NCBI GenBank assembly: GCA_002347965.1
Contig: DDYN01000057.1
Span: 11,365-75,364 of the forward strand
Origin: Nitrospirae bacterium UBA2233
Lineage (GTDB): Bacteria > UBA2233
Reading direction: 5' to 3'
Length of the DNA: 64,000 nucleotides
Each line of letters begins with the position of its first letter. Positions within the stretch are counted from its first letter, which is position 1. Positions 47,107-57,859 of the stretch are shown here, piece by piece. Made by a program: the position numbers and the translations under genes. The notes beneath the pieces were generated by a model that saw only the letters and a program-made list of their open reading frames with translations, had not been told where the DNA came from and searched no databases.

Positions 47107-47939
47107 AGGCTTTGCTCCTTTTGTTTGAGGTACTCCTCCAGCGCGGCCCGCTCTTTTTCGGCGTACATCCGCTGCCTGGCGACAAGCTCGTCGTAGTCGA
47201 CGTCATGGCCGCTGAATTCTGGCCCGTGGATGCAAGAAAACCTCGTCTCCCCGCCCACCGTAACCCGGCAGGCGCCACACATTCCCGTACCGTCAACCAT
47301 CAGTGTGTTGAGGCTGACCATCGTCGGGATTCCGAGAGGCTTTGTCATGTCAGAAACGGCCCGCATCATCGGAACCGGCCCGACGGCGACGACGTAATGC
47401 ACCGGCTCATCGTCTAGAATGGCCTTCAGCGCGTCCGTTACGAGCCCTTGCATGCCGGCGCTGCCGTCGTTGGTCGTAATAAACAGCCTATCAAGAGCCG
47501 CTTGAAGCCTGTCCGCGAAGATGAGCAGCTCTTTCGTCCTGGCTCCGACGATGCCGTAAACCTTGTTGTCTAGCTCTTTGAGCTTCCTTCCCATCGGGAG
47601 GATCGCCCCGGACCCATACCCGCCGCCGATCAGAACGCACGTTCCGAACTTTTCGGCGTGGGTTGGAACCCCCAAGGGCCCTACGACGTCCAAAAAGCTA
47701 TCCCCTGCTTGCAAGTCGTAGATCTCGTGGCTCGTCCTGCCGACGGCCTGCACGATCAGCTCGAGCGTGCCGGCCTCGCGGTCAAACCCGCAGATGGACA
47801 GGGGAATCCGCTCGCCCTTTTCGTCCACCCGGACGATTACGAACTGGCCCGGCTGCACCTTTCGGGCGACCAACGGGGCCTCAATTTTAAGATGGACCGT
47901 TTTTGGTGCGATCTCTTGGCGCGTAAAGATTTGGAACAC
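47094..47939 (-). CDS. NfnA/SudB/PyrK-like FAD-[2Fe-2S] oxidoreductase small subunit
   Basis: FNR-like fold with a C-terminal Cys cluster (GTGMCGACRV...C), overlapping the GltD-like gene. Confidence 0.75.
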   Translation of the reverse strand: MFQIFTRQEIAPKTVHLKIEAPLVARKVQPGQFVIVRVDEKGERIPLSICGFDREAGTLELIVQAVGRTSHEIYDLQAGDSFLDVVGPLGVPTHAEKFGTCVLIGGGYGSGAILPMGRKLKELDNKVYGIVGARTKELLIFADRLQAALDRLFITTNDGSAGMQGLVTDALKAILDDEPVHYVVAVGPVPMMRAVSDMTKPLGIPTMVSLNTLMVDGTGMCGACRVTVGGETRFSCIHGPEFSGHDVDYDELVARQRMYAEKERAALEEYLKQKEQSLCQA

Positions 47940-48160
47940 CGCATGGACTCCTTCTGGCGGGTTCGGTTTAAATGGGGTAGAATGAACTACCCTATATTAC
48001 ACCAATCATTGGTGAATATTGAAGAACGACGGCATTGGCCTTTGTGGTATTTTTAGTTTATTGTAGCAGGTCCGCCCAACCCTTGACAATGCGGTCGTTT
48101 TACTATGGCTTTACAAGGGCGCGCGATCGGGCTACATTAAAGTAATAACTGCTATATCTC

Positions 48161-48237
48161 GTCCCCATCGTCTAGACGGCCCAGGACACAGGCCTTTCAA
48201 GCCTGAAACGGGGGTTCGAATCCCCCTGGGGACGCCA
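48161..48237 (+). tRNA. tRNA-Glu (anticodon TTC), CCA encoded
   Basis: GUCCCCA.../...UGGGGAC-G-CCA; near-identical architecture to canonical bacterial tRNA-Glu. Confidence 0.9.
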
Positions 48238-48241
48238 TTTT

Positions 48242-48316
48242 GGGCCGTTAGCTCAGTGGCAGAGCATCTGCCTTTTAAGCAGAGGGTCGCTGGTTCGAAT
48301 CCAGCACGGCTCACCA
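48242..48316 (+). tRNA. tRNA-Lys (anticodon TTT), CCA encoded
   Basis: GGGCCGUUAGCUCAGUGGCAGAGCAUCUGCCUUUUAAGCAGAGGGUCGCUGGUUCGAAUCCAGCACGGCUCACCA. Confidence 0.9.
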
Positions 48317-48433
48317 TTCTCTTTTTTCATTTCAACTCCCGTTTACCTTGAACCTCCTAAGGCCTACCCGTAGGCGTAAGCCCTCGTTACGCAAGGCCGT
48401 TGATCGAGGCGGCTTAGAAAATGCCTCGAGAGC

Positions 48434-48455
48434 ATTTCCTAGTTCTCCAGGAAAT
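48434..48455. promoter_or_regulatory. Dyad-symmetric element ATTTCCT-N8-AGGAAAT with neighbouring imperfect palindromes, upstream of the RsbR-like gene; candidate operator
   Basis: Read from the sequence; no cognate regulator identified. Confidence 0.2.
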
Positions 48456-48547
48456 ACTTCCTTCGTTATACAAGGCGTTTGCTTGAAAAGAGCGAGCCTA
48501 TGGTTTAAGCTAAAAAAGTCAGGATATACACATAACCCTATTTTGAA

Positions 48548-49411
48548 ATGGGAGATTCCACGATGTTGCAGGAGGCCGTAGTGTGCAGCCGTCCCGGAGA
48601 AGCACGGCCGAAAGGCTGCCCTGAAGCCGGTCAGAGTCAGTTTTTTGCCCTCAACGAAGCGCTGGACCAAGGCGAAGTGCGTCGGATTGCCAACGGCGTG
48701 ACCGACTTCCTGAAATCCGGGGGGTTTTCCAGTCCGTTCGAAGATCAAGCGTTTGAGGCCAAGTTCCGTAACGGGATGGAGCACTGGCTCGAAAGCCTGC
48801 TGGATGACGATCTTCCGGAAGAATCCTACGCCCAAGACCGGATCAGGATCGGGCGCTCCTACGTCAAGAGGGGGCTCGCCATGACCATGATCGTCAAATC
48901 TTACTCCTACATCCGAAACGAGCTGATGCGCCTGCTTGACAGTCCCACCGTTCCGATGCTTATCGTCCTGGGTCAAAGGCTCGATGACGACCTAAGCTTG
49001 GTTCTCATGGCCTACGAAAAAGAACAGGTTCGTCTTGTCGAGGAGAGCCTTTCCAACTACCGGACTATCCAGGAGCTCTCGAGCCCGGTCATTGAAGTCT
49101 CAAGGCAAACGCTGCTCGTTCCGCTCGTCGGCGAGATGGACGAGCAGCGCACGGACATCCTAGAGGATAAGCTACTTCAAGAGGTCGCCTCCAAAAAGGC
49201 CAAGCAAGTGCTGATGGAGTTCAGCGGCTGCGAAGTTAGGGATACCCACCTGACCAAGCGTCTTTTCGAAGCATGCAGGGCCGTAGAGCTGCTTGGGGCG
49301 CGCGTCGTGTTCGTCGGCATTCGTCCCTCTTTGGCGCGTACGCTCGTTTCGATCGGGGCGGACTCCGCCGGCTTTCGTGTCGTAAGGTCGCTAGCCGACG
49401 TCTTGGCTTAA
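48548..49411 (+). CDS. RsbR-like sensor with a C-terminal STAS domain (paralog of 15553..16398)
   Basis: ELSSPVIEVSRQTLLVPLVGEMDEQRTDILEDKLL...VLMEFSGCEVRDTHLTKRL STAS pattern. The N-terminal region has RIG..Y..RGL as in the non-haem globin sensor domain. Confidence 0.6.
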   Translation: MGDSTMLQEAVVCSRPGEARPKGCPEAGQSQFFALNEALDQGEVRRIANGVTDFLKSGGFSSPFEDQAFEAKFRNGMEHWLESLLDDDLPEESYAQDRIRIGRSYVKRGLAMTMIVKSYSYIRNELMRLLDSPTVPMLIVLGQRLDDDLSLVLMAYEKEQVRLVEESLSNYRTIQELSSPVIEVSRQTLLVPLVGEMDEQRTDILEDKLLQEVASKKAKQVLMEFSGCEVRDTHLTKRLFEACRAVELLGARVVFVGIRPSLARTLVSIGADSAGFRVVRSLADVLA

Positions 49412-49418
49412 AAAAGGC

Positions 49419-50921
49419 CTAGAGCCAGGCCTCACGGAGCCGATGCCTTAGTAGCTTGCCAGAGGCGTTCCTGGGCAGGCTGTCAACGAACCGCACGTGG
49501 GCCGGCACTTTGTAGCCCGCAAGCCGCTCCTTCAAGAATGCCTTGACATGGCCCTCATCAATCTTTTTACCCTCCCTAAGGAGCAGAAACGCCGCGACCG
49601 CCTGGCCCCAGCGGGCATCCGGCACGCCGATTACGCCCGCCTCTAGCACGTAAGGGTGGGACAGAAGGGCCGCCTCAACCTCCGCCGGATAGATATTCTC
49701 CCCGCCAGACACGATCAAATCACAGCGCCTGTCCGACACGTAAAGATAGCCCTCTTCATCCAGGGAGCCGACATCGCCCGTGTGCAACCACCCCCCTCGA
49801 AGGACCTCTGCCGTTTCCTTTGGCCTGCCAAAGTAGCCCGCCATGACGACCGGACTACGCACGAGGATCTCTCCGGCTTGTTCCGGCCCAAGGACGCGGC
49901 CGCACGTGTCCACGATGGATACCTCCGTAGGAAACAGCGGCTTGCCGGCCGAGCCTTGCTTTCTTGGGGCGTCCTCTTTGGAGAGGGTTGCCACCTGCGA
50001 GGCTGCCTCTGTAAGCCCGTACGTCTGAACGACGGGCGCGCCAAGCCTTTCGGCATCCTCTAGGAGCGAGAGCGGTACGGGCCCGCCGCCTACCAAAACG
50101 CAGCGAAGGCTGCCGGGGAACGGCCTGTGCCCCCTTGCGTCCAGGATTCTCGTCAGCATGACGGCCACGACAGATAGCATGCTCACGCCGTCCTCATCGA
50201 TCGCCCGGTTGATCGCCTCGGGATCGAACCCGTTGTGGACGATCGCGGGGATGCCGTAGATCACGCTGCGCAGAAGAATCGAGAGCCCCCCTACATGGTA
50301 GAGAGGAAGGCTCGTAAGCCAGCAATCTTCTTTCATGACACCTAGGTTGAGCGCGGAACCCGTAGCGCTGAAGAAGTGGTTTCCGTAGGTTAGCATCGCT
50401 CCTTTTGGCGTTCCTGTCGTGCCCGAGGTGTAAAGGATGGAATGCACTCGGGAAAGCCGAATCGCGGAGCGCTCCGCCGCCTTGGCTGGCCCTAATGGCA
50501 AGGGCAGCTCCTTTATGGATACGGCACGAACTTGGGTATTCTTGCGGGCAAGCAGCAATGCCCTGTCCGCGTTGGGCTCGTCGTGAAGAAGAAGGCTCGC
50601 CCCGGCATCTGCAAGCTGCCAGGCGAGCTCTTGCTCGGCAAGCCGGGTATTCAGCGGGACGAGGATGCCGCCGAGCTTGGGGAGGGCGTGGACAGCCAGC
50701 ACGAACTCTAAAGAATTGCCAGAAAGCAAGGCAACCCTTTGTCCGGCCCGAACGCCAAGGTCAAAAAGCCGCTTAGCGGTTAACCGTGCCAAACATTCCA
50801 GTTCGGCAAAGCAAACGCGCGTTTGGCCGCAGACAAGCGCCAGACGATCCGGCGTCAGCAGGGCGCGCTGGCTGAGCCACTCCGGCATGATGGCCTTTTG
50901 GTAAAAAGGCGGCTGCTTCAT
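49419..50921 (-). CDS. menE: O-succinylbenzoate-CoA ligase (AMP-forming acyl-CoA synthetase family)
   Basis: AMP-binding motifs (YTSGTTGTPKG; GYGLTE-like; Lys near the C-terminus). Start at the internal MKQPPFYQ; position in the men operon. Confidence 0.75.
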   Translation of the reverse strand: MKQPPFYQKAIMPEWLSQRALLTPDRLALVCGQTRVCFAELECLARLTAKRLFDLGVRAGQRVALLSGNSLEFVLAVHALPKLGGILVPLNTRLAEQELAWQLADAGASLLLHDEPNADRALLLARKNTQVRAVSIKELPLPLGPAKAAERSAIRLSRVHSILYTSGTTGTPKGAMLTYGNHFFSATGSALNLGVMKEDCWLTSLPLYHVGGLSILLRSVIYGIPAIVHNGFDPEAINRAIDEDGVSMLSVVAVMLTRILDARGHRPFPGSLRCVLVGGGPVPLSLLEDAERLGAPVVQTYGLTEAASQVATLSKEDAPRKQGSAGKPLFPTEVSIVDTCGRVLGPEQAGEILVRSPVVMAGYFGRPKETAEVLRGGWLHTGDVGSLDEEGYLYVSDRRCDLIVSGGENIYPAEVEAALLSHPYVLEAGVIGVPDARWGQAVAAFLLLREGKKIDEGHVKAFLKERLAGYKVPAHVRFVDSLPRNASGKLLRHRLREAWL

Positions 50922-52024
50922 GGCCCGACATGTCCGCTGAAAAGGGTATGGCGAAAGAGCGCATGCTCGTCTAGCTTTACTCCAAGACCCGGTAGGCCCA
51001 AGAGCGCCATCTTTCCCGCGGAAATCTCGGACGGCCGCACGACGATGTCGGAGCCGAGCAGTTCTCCCGTCGCCAGGCCGCAAGCCGGGCCGCCTTCAGG
51101 AAGCATGCAGGCAAGCTGTAGGGCGGCCGCGATGCCGACGGAAGAATCGAGCGTCGTGGTGACGTACGCCTTGAGCCCGGCGTCTTGAGCGAGCGATGTG
51201 ACATCGAGGGCTTTTTTAATGCCCCCCAAGATCATGGGCTTCAAGACGAGCACGCTTGCGGCGCCCATCTCAATCACCCGAGCCGCGCTTTGGACGTCAG
51301 CGATCGCCTCATCGGCCGCAATCACCGTTTGGACGGATTCTTGAACGCGCTCGAGCCCTTCTAGGTCGTCTGCGGAAACGGGCTGTTCGACCAGTTCGAT
51401 ACCGCAACCTTCTAGGGCTCGGATAGCCAAGATGGCCTGTTGGACGCCCCATGCACCGTTGGCATCCAGGCGGATCTTGACCCCTGGCCCTATAGCCTCT
51501 CGCACGGCGGCCACGCGCTCCTTTTCTTCTTGGAGGCTCGACGCCGCGCCCACCTTGAGCTTGATGCAGCCAAACCCCGCTTCCTTGGCGGCCTTTGCCT
51601 CGAGCGCCGCCCCGTTGGCCGACTCAGAAGCAATGAGCGCGTTCACTTCGACGGCGTTCCGCTTTGGGCCGCCAAGAAGCCCCGCGATGGGAGTGCCTCT
51701 ATGTTGGGCGAGGACATCCAGAAGCGCCGTTTCGATGCCAAAGGCGAGGGGTGGCGGTAGCACCCGCGGTCCTTGAGGCCAGGTCTCGGCCTTGGTTCCG
51801 ATCAACCCGGGGGCAAGCGCGGCAAGCGTGTTTGTCAAGCCATGCAGGCCGTCAGCACAAGAAGACAAGGGGTGCAAGGATGCCTCTCCAAGCCCTTCGA
51901 GCCCGGCATCGGTCCCGATCCGGATCAAAAGCCCCTCCCGGTACTCAAGGAGCCCTTTTGCCGTTCGAAGCGGGGTACGAAACGGCAGCTTAAAGGCCGT
52001 CCAGGTAACGGCCGCGATGTTCAT
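50918..52024 (-). CDS. menC: o-Succinylbenzoate synthase (enolase superfamily, MR/MLE)
   Basis: KLKVG...D.NG... enolase-superfamily metal ligands; start at MNIAAVTWT; overlaps the menE start. Confidence 0.75.
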   Translation of the reverse strand: MNIAAVTWTAFKLPFRTPLRTAKGLLEYREGLLIRIGTDAGLEGLGEASLHPLSSCADGLHGLTNTLAALAPGLIGTKAETWPQGPRVLPPPLAFGIETALLDVLAQHRGTPIAGLLGGPKRNAVEVNALIASESANGAALEAKAAKEAGFGCIKLKVGAASSLQEEKERVAAVREAIGPGVKIRLDANGAWGVQQAILAIRALEGCGIELVEQPVSADDLEGLERVQESVQTVIAADEAIADVQSAARVIEMGAASVLVLKPMILGGIKKALDVTSLAQDAGLKAYVTTTLDSSVGIAAALQLACMLPEGGPACGLATGELLGSDIVVRPSEISAGKMALLGLPGLGVKLDEHALFRHTLFSGHVGP

Positions 52025-52905
52025 AGGCAAAGCCCTAAAGCAAGGAGAATTCCGCAGGCCAAATGGAGCAGGGCCGTCTTCTTGAGCACTTCGTTGAGGG
52101 CCTGACCGTTCGTTCCTTTCAAGACTTGCCAGAGCGCTTGCATCCCGATCGGGGCCGTAAGCCAAGAAAGCCCCACCCACGGCCCGGCGCCAAGCAGCCA
52201 AAGCAAGGCCACAAAAGCGTAGGCGGCGACGATCAAAAGCGCATACTCAAGCCGGGTGAGCTCTGCCCCAAGCCGAACGGCCAGCGTCCTTTTGCCAGCC
52301 TTTTTGTCCGTTTCGATGTCCCTTAGGTTGTTGACGACCAAAATGGCCGTGACGCTGCACCCGACGGGCAAGGACGCCAAAAGGGCCAGGCGGCTCAGCT
52401 CGAGCGTCTGTAGGTAGGCGCTGCCCACGACGGCCACAACGCCGAAAAAGACGAACACGAAGGCATCGCCGAGCCCGTTATAGCCCAGCGGCCAAGGGCC
52501 CGCAGTGTACCAAACGGCGGATACGATGGATAAAGCACCGGCCGCCAGGATAGGCCAGCCGCCTGTAGAAACCAGGTACAATCCAATAAGCGCAGCCGCT
52601 CCGAAGACAATGCCCGTAGCAAGCCGGACGCTCGACGGGGATGCAAGCCCGCTTTGCGTGACCCTGACAGGCCCAAGCCTTCCAAGGTCATCGGCGCCAG
52701 CCTCGAAATCGAACACGTCGTTGGCCAGGTTGGCGCCAATTTGTATCAGGAGCGAGGCCAAAAGCACCGCCAGAAACACCAAAGGGCGAAAGACGCCCTC
52801 GCTAAGCCCGACAGCCGTTCCTACAAACACGGGGACAACGGCCGCAGAAAGCGTGTAAGGGCGGGCCGCCAGCACCCAAACCCGCCATGATGGCATTTTT
52901 TGCAT
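52021..52905 (-). CDS. menA: 1,4-dihydroxy-2-naphthoate polyprenyltransferase (UbiA family)
   Basis: UbiA-type multi-TM protein with an Asp-rich NDxxDxxxD motif (ANLANDVFDFEAGADD). Confidence 0.8.
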   Translation of the reverse strand: MQKMPSWRVWVLAARPYTLSAAVVPVFVGTAVGLSEGVFRPLVFLAVLLASLLIQIGANLANDVFDFEAGADDLGRLGPVRVTQSGLASPSSVRLATGIVFGAAALIGLYLVSTGGWPILAAGALSIVSAVWYTAGPWPLGYNGLGDAFVFVFFGVVAVVGSAYLQTLELSRLALLASLPVGCSVTAILVVNNLRDIETDKKAGKRTLAVRLGAELTRLEYALLIVAAYAFVALLWLLGAGPWVGLSWLTAPIGMQALWQVLKGTNGQALNEVLKKTALLHLACGILLALGLCL

Positions 52906-52914
52906 GTCGGCCCG

Positions 52915-53736
52915 CTAAGGAAACCTTGGAAACTTTGAAAAATCCGGGTCGCGCTTCTCCAAAAAGGCGGCTTTGCCCTCTTTTGCCTCTTCGGTCAGGT
53001 AGTAAAGCAGCGTTGCGTCGCCTGCCAGCTGCTGGAGGCCCGCTAGCCCGTCCGTATCGGCGTTGAAGGCCGCCTTGAGGAAGCGGATGGCCGTCGGGCT
53101 CTTCTTCAGGATTTCCCCGGCCCAACGGAAGGTTTCCTCTTCGAGACGCTCCAAGGGGACAACGGCGTTGACAAGCCCCATTTGGAGAGCCTCCTTGGCC
53201 GAATACTGCCGGCAGAGGTACCAGATCTCCCTGGCCTTCTTGTGCCCCACGATCCTAGCGAGCATCGTGGCGCCATAGCCCGCATCGAAGCTCCCCACCT
53301 TCGGACCTGTTTGCCCGAACACGGCGTTTTCGGCCGCGATCGTCAAGTCGCAGACCACGTGCAGTACGTGGCCCCCGCCGATCGCGTACCCAGCCACCAT
53401 CGCGATGACCGGCTTGGGTAGCGTACGAATTTGACGTTGAAGGTCGAGGACGTTGAGCCTTGGCACGCCGTCTTCGCCGACGTAGCCGCCCTCGCCCCGG
53501 ATGCGCTGATCGCCCCCCGAACAGAACGCCTCGTTGCCCTGGCCTGTCAGGATGACCACCCCTACGCCCGGATCGTCTCTTGCCTCTTCGAACGCCTCTT
53601 TGAGCTCGAGGATCGTAAGCGGCCTGAAGGCGTTCCGGACGTGGGGCCGGTTGATCGTAACCTTTGCCATCCCCTCGGCCTTCTCGTAGAGGATGTCTTT
53701 ATAGTCGCGGACCTTGTTCCAAGAAACGGTAGACAT
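52915..53736 (-). CDS. menB: 1,4-dihydroxy-2-naphthoyl-CoA synthase (crotonase fold)
   Basis: Strong MenB signature ([21 protein letters not shown]...FCSGGDQ...). Confidence 0.9.
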   Translation of the reverse strand: MSTVSWNKVRDYKDILYEKAEGMAKVTINRPHVRNAFRPLTILELKEAFEEARDDPGVGVVILTGQGNEAFCSGGDQRIRGEGGYVGEDGVPRLNVLDLQRQIRTLPKPVIAMVAGYAIGGGHVLHVVCDLTIAAENAVFGQTGPKVGSFDAGYGATMLARIVGHKKAREIWYLCRQYSAKEALQMGLVNAVVPLERLEEETFRWAGEILKKSPTAIRFLKAAFNADTDGLAGLQQLAGDATLLYYLTEEAKEGKAAFLEKRDPDFSKFPRFP

Positions 53737-53749
53737 CGGAAAGCTCCCT

Positions 53750-55540
53750 TCAGGGTAGGTTTGTATCCCATCTGCAGGATTCGAGCGCCATAATCGCGGC
53801 CAACGAAAGCTTTTGATGCAGCCTAAGGTTCGTATCTCTGTTTGAGCTCACCTCTAGAAGGCTCACCCCGGGCGCAAGGAGGCTTTCCTTCAGCCCTTCC
53901 ATGAACGCTCGCTTCGTTGCAGGCTTTTGGTAGGCAAGGCCGTAAAGCGAGGCCACGTGGCAAAAATCCAGGCCAAGCGGGGTCCCGAACAGTTCCTCGA
54001 AGTGTTCGGCCTTTTTGGCCTGAGGAAGGAAAGAAAAAATCCCCCCGCCGTCGTTGTTCAACAAGACGACAGTGGCCCGAAGGCCGTGGCGTTTTGCGGC
54101 CAGAAGGCCGTTCATATCGTGATAGAAGGAGAGATCGCCCACGACCAAAACGAGCGGACCGGGCAGCGCGGCGGCCGCACCCAGCGCGGAGGAAACGACC
54201 CCGTCTATACCGCTAGCACCCCGGTTCGCCAGAAAACGGAGCCGAAATGGGGTCGAAAAGAAGAAGGCGTCCAAGTCGCGCACCGGCATGCTGTTTCCGA
54301 TAAACAGCGTGGCACCCTCCGGCAAGGCTTGAGGCAGGGTATTGAGAACCCAGGGCTCGGAGGGCGCGGGTTCGGCCTCAAGAGCGGCCACAAGCGCGCC
54401 GCGTGCGACAAGCGAAGCTTGAATCCAGCGGGTTGCGAACCCTCCTGGTTCAGCCTTTTGCCCAAGGATTCGGCAAAGCCCCTCCAAGAGCAGACGAGGG
54501 TGGGCTTGGAGCACGCTTGAGGTTCTAAGGCCAGGGTCGCTCCAGCCCTCCCCTCCGTCCACAAAGGTCTGCCTTGCGCCTTGGAGGCTTTGGAGGTAGG
54601 AAAGCAACGTCTTAGAAGTGGGTGTGGCACCAAAGCGCAGAACGAAACTCGGGGCGAGCGAAAGGGCTGTTCGCTCGTGGCCAAGGAGCGTATCGTAGGT
54701 GTCGATCGCAAGCGGGCAGGCATGCCCGCTACTTCTAACCTGCGAGAGCGGGTCGCATAAGATAGGGAACCCGAGCGCTTCTGCAAGGTCTATAACGGCC
54801 GAAGGAAAGCCCGGGTCGTCTTGCGGGCCGCACACGATCAGCCCTCTTTGGGTCTCGCCAAGCTCGGCTGCAAGCCCTTTGAGGGCATCTTGGGTAAGCT
54901 GGCCCGGTGCTTGCGAGGTGGTGACGTATGGCCTGTAGTCCTCTCTTGGGCTGTCCTGTGTGCTTGACCCGGAATCTATCGGCACGAGCGGCTCGCGAAA
55001 AGGGAAGTTAAGGTGGACGGCCCCCAGGGGCTTCGAGCGTGCCTCCGCCACGGCCCGGCAGGCCAGCATGCGCACGTAGCGGAGTGCTTCCTTGGAGGCT
55101 TCAGGGAGGGGAACTTCGATAGAAGCCTTGACGTGGACGCCAAAAAGCCTTGTCTGGTCGATCGTCTGGTTGGCCCCCACATCCCTTAGCTCGGGCGGCC
55201 TGTCTGCCGTAAACACCAAAAGCGGCACGCGGGCGTAGCGCGCCTCAACCACGGCGGGGGCAAAGTTGAGCGCCGCCGTACCCGAGGTAGAAACGATCGC
55301 GACGGGCTCTCTCAAGACCTTCGCCATTCCTAGACCAAAGAATCCGGCGGAGCGTTCGTCGATATGGACCCATACTTTGATGTCCGGATGTTTGCGCAAC
55401 AAAAGCGCAAGCGGGGTTGAGCGTGACCCGGGACACAAGCAGGCATTCCGGACGCCGGACCTTGCCAGCTCGTCTACGAAAGCACTCACGAAGGCATGGA
55501 GGGCCCTTTGGGCGGCTAGTTCTTGCCGTTCAGCGCCCAT
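53750..55540 (-). CDS. menD: SEPHCHC synthase (ThDP-dependent)
   Basis: ThDP-binding [12 protein letters not shown] and overall MenD length and order. Confidence 0.85.
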   Translation of the reverse strand: MGAERQELAAQRALHAFVSAFVDELARSGVRNACLCPGSRSTPLALLLRKHPDIKVWVHIDERSAGFFGLGMAKVLREPVAIVSTSGTAALNFAPAVVEARYARVPLLVFTADRPPELRDVGANQTIDQTRLFGVHVKASIEVPLPEASKEALRYVRMLACRAVAEARSKPLGAVHLNFPFREPLVPIDSGSSTQDSPREDYRPYVTTSQAPGQLTQDALKGLAAELGETQRGLIVCGPQDDPGFPSAVIDLAEALGFPILCDPLSQVRSSGHACPLAIDTYDTLLGHERTALSLAPSFVLRFGATPTSKTLLSYLQSLQGARQTFVDGGEGWSDPGLRTSSVLQAHPRLLLEGLCRILGQKAEPGGFATRWIQASLVARGALVAALEAEPAPSEPWVLNTLPQALPEGATLFIGNSMPVRDLDAFFFSTPFRLRFLANRGASGIDGVVSSALGAAAALPGPLVLVVGDLSFYHDMNGLLAAKRHGLRATVVLLNNDGGGIFSFLPQAKKAEHFEELFGTPLGLDFCHVASLYGLAYQKPATKRAFMEGLKESLLAPGVSLLEVSSNRDTNLRLHQKLSLAAIMALESCRWDTNLP

Positions 55541-57030
55541 CGCATCGCTTCGAGCTTCAAGCGCGATTCTTCAAGCTCCGCCTTAGGGTCCGAGTCGGCC
55601 ATGATGCCGCAGCCAGCGTACAGAAGGGCTTCGTTGCCAGAAAGCAACGCGGAGCGTATCGCGACAAACATCTCCCCGTCGCCAGATCCATCCAGCCATC
55701 CGACAGGGCCCGAATACCAACCGCGGTCGAACCCCTCCAGCGTGCGGATGAGCCAAAGGGCCTTTTCCTTTGGCAGCCCCCCAACCGCTGGTGTTGGGTG
55801 CAGGAGGTCTATTAAGTCCAGCACGTTGGCCGGCTTTCGTTTTAAAGTGCCCAAGACCAGGGTGTGAAGGTGCTGGATGTTCCTGATGTAGGCCGGCGAG
55901 GGGGAGGGCGAGAGAGTGAGCTCGCTACATAAAGGCGTAAGCGCCTTTATTATGGCGTCCACCACCAGCGCATGTTCCAAGCGGTTCTTTCGGTCCGAAA
56001 GAAGCCCTTCTTTAAGCCTTAAGTCCTCCTCGCAATCAAGCCCACGTCCGGCCGAGCCGGCAAGGCAGCTTAGCAATACGTGAGAGCCGTCATAAAGGCT
56101 TACCAGACGCTCCGGCGTTGCCCCCAAGAAGCAGGCCTCGTCCTCCAAGAAGGCAAACAGGGTGCATTCGACGAAGCCTTGACGCATCCTGTCGAGGGCA
56201 AGGGTAGGGCTGATCCGGCCTTCCTGACGCATGCGGACCTGCCTGGCCAACACCACTTTTTGGAGCGTTCCTTCCCGTATCTTTTGGACTGCGGTGAAAA
56301 CCGCCCTTTTCCAGCTCTCCGGCGATTCATTCTCGTTAGAATCTTCGGCCAGGCTGCCGGCTTGAGGCTCCGGCAACGCGCCAACGCCCTTCGATGACCC
56401 ATCTAGGAGGCAGAATGCTTCATCAACCCGCTGCTTAAGCGTACCCTCGCTTTTCTTGCCGGCCATGAGATTCAGCGTAAGCCAAGAGAGGTTTCCTTTC
56501 GAGACGATAAAGATTTTTGGAAGCACGAGCCGGCCCTGGCCGAAAGAAAGCCAATGGTTGGCCGGGTTTGCAGGGGTATCGAACGCGAACCCTGCAAACA
56601 CGACCGGCCCTGGAAAAGGCGGGGCATCCCGATCGCTCACGATCGTTCTCGCAAGAAGGCTCTTCCAGGCACTGGAGGCCTTCTCAAACCGGCCCTCGCC
56701 GGCGCAATCCACCCGCCATAAGCTGCCTATCCCGACCATCGAAAGCCCCCTGGACGGCCGCTCAAAAAAGGTTCGCGCCCCTTTGGCTTGACCAAAGACC
56801 GCCAACGGGTCTACCCAAGGAATGCGAACCGTCACGCTCGTAAGCGCGGGCACGTCTGGATACAGCGCCTTGTCCGTTGCTTCCGCATAGGCACAACGCA
56901 ACTTCTCGACCCAGGACAAAGCCTCAATGCGCGCCCTCAAGGATCCCTTATCTCGAAGACCTGAACGTTGTTGTTTTCTAGTCACTCCAGCCATTCCTTG
57001 TATGGTAGCCCTGAGCGCCCGCGCATTCAA
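55516..57030 (-). CDS. menF: Isochorismate synthase (chorismate-binding enzyme)
   Basis: C-terminal chorismate-binding motifs (SPERL..., GCGIMADSDP...E). Confidence 0.8.
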   Translation of the reverse strand: MNARALRATIQGMAGVTRKQQRSGLRDKGSLRARIEALSWVEKLRCAYAEATDKALYPDVPALTSVTVRIPWVDPLAVFGQAKGARTFFERPSRGLSMVGIGSLWRVDCAGEGRFEKASSAWKSLLARTIVSDRDAPPFPGPVVFAGFAFDTPANPANHWLSFGQGRLVLPKIFIVSKGNLSWLTLNLMAGKKSEGTLKQRVDEAFCLLDGSSKGVGALPEPQAGSLAEDSNENESPESWKRAVFTAVQKIREGTLQKVVLARQVRMRQEGRISPTLALDRMRQGFVECTLFAFLEDEACFLGATPERLVSLYDGSHVLLSCLAGSAGRGLDCEEDLRLKEGLLSDRKNRLEHALVVDAIIKALTPLCSELTLSPSPSPAYIRNIQHLHTLVLGTLKRKPANVLDLIDLLHPTPAVGGLPKEKALWLIRTLEGFDRGWYSGPVGWLDGSGDGEMFVAIRSALLSGNEALLYAGCGIMADSDPKAELEESRLKLEAMRWALNGKN

Positions 57031-57118
57031 GGTTGTACGCCCAAGGGATCTTCGCTACACTAAAAAAGCTTCTTTTTTTTGGCCCTTTCGTCTTGTATGA
57101 CCCTGGAAGGAGGCCGGA

Positions 57119-57859
57119 ATGGTTTCGTTTTCGCTCGTAAACCTTCTCGTTGCGTTCGGGGCCGGGGTGCTCTCGTTCCTATCGCCCTGCGTTCTGCCGC
57201 TCGTTCCAGCGCACCTTTCGTTTGTCGGCGGGTTTGCGGGCAAGGACCTCGAACAGGCCTACGGGGCCGACCCTAAGGCATTCAGGGGGCGCATCTTTGT
57301 TCGTTCCCTCATGTTCGTTTTGGGGTTTTCGCTCGTGTTCCTCCTTTTGGGGCTCGTCGTCGTCGGGCTCTTGGGGCCGATCGGCCGCTATAAGGGCTGG
57401 TTCGAGCGTGCGGCCGGCGTGCTGATTTTGACCCTTGGCGCGCATCTTTTAGGGTTCATCCGGCTCCCGTTTCTTTCGCGCGACGTCCGCTACCATGGGG
57501 CCATCCAGGGCTCGGGCACGCTCGTCGCGTTCCTTACGGGCGCGGCGTTCGGGTTTGGCTGGACGCCGTGCGTAGGGCCTATTTTGGCGGGTATTCTCGC
57601 GCTCGCAACGTTCCAGCATACGTTCTGGCAAGGGTTTTCCCTTTTGATAGCCTACAGCTTAGGGCTCGCGCTCCCGTTCTTCTTGGCCGGCGTGTTCGTC
57701 CCGCAGTTCTTTTTTTTATTTAAGGGGCTTCGCTCGAAAACGCTCGTGTTCGAGAAGGTGTCGGGCGTGCTGCTTATCGGTCTTGGCATCGTGCTCGTTC
57801 TTGGCCAGATGGGAACGATCTCGAGCTATCTGGTCGAAATCGGCCTTCCCACAATCTAG
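57119..57859 (+). CDS. ccdA: Cytochrome c biogenesis thiol-disulfide transporter CcdA (DsbD family)
   Basis: Two conserved Cys in TM segments (LSPCVLPLVP; GWTPCVGPIL). Confidence 0.8.
   Translation: MVSFSLVNLLVAFGAGVLSFLSPCVLPLVPAHLSFVGGFAGKDLEQAYGADPKAFRGRIFVRSLMFVLGFSLVFLLLGLVVVGLLGPIGRYKGWFERAAGVLILTLGAHLLGFIRLPFLSRDVRYHGAIQGSGTLVAFLTGAAFGFGWTPCVGPILAGILALATFQHTFWQGFSLLIAYSLGLALPFFLAGVFVPQFFFLFKGLRSKTLVFEKVSGVLLIGLGIVLVLGQMGTISSYLVEIGLPTI

Noticed and set aside
48132-48317. 61-aa minus-strand ORF (MVSRAGFEPATLCLKG...)
   Set aside because: It is the translation of the tRNA-Glu/tRNA-Lys genes; GFEP reflects the T-arm.
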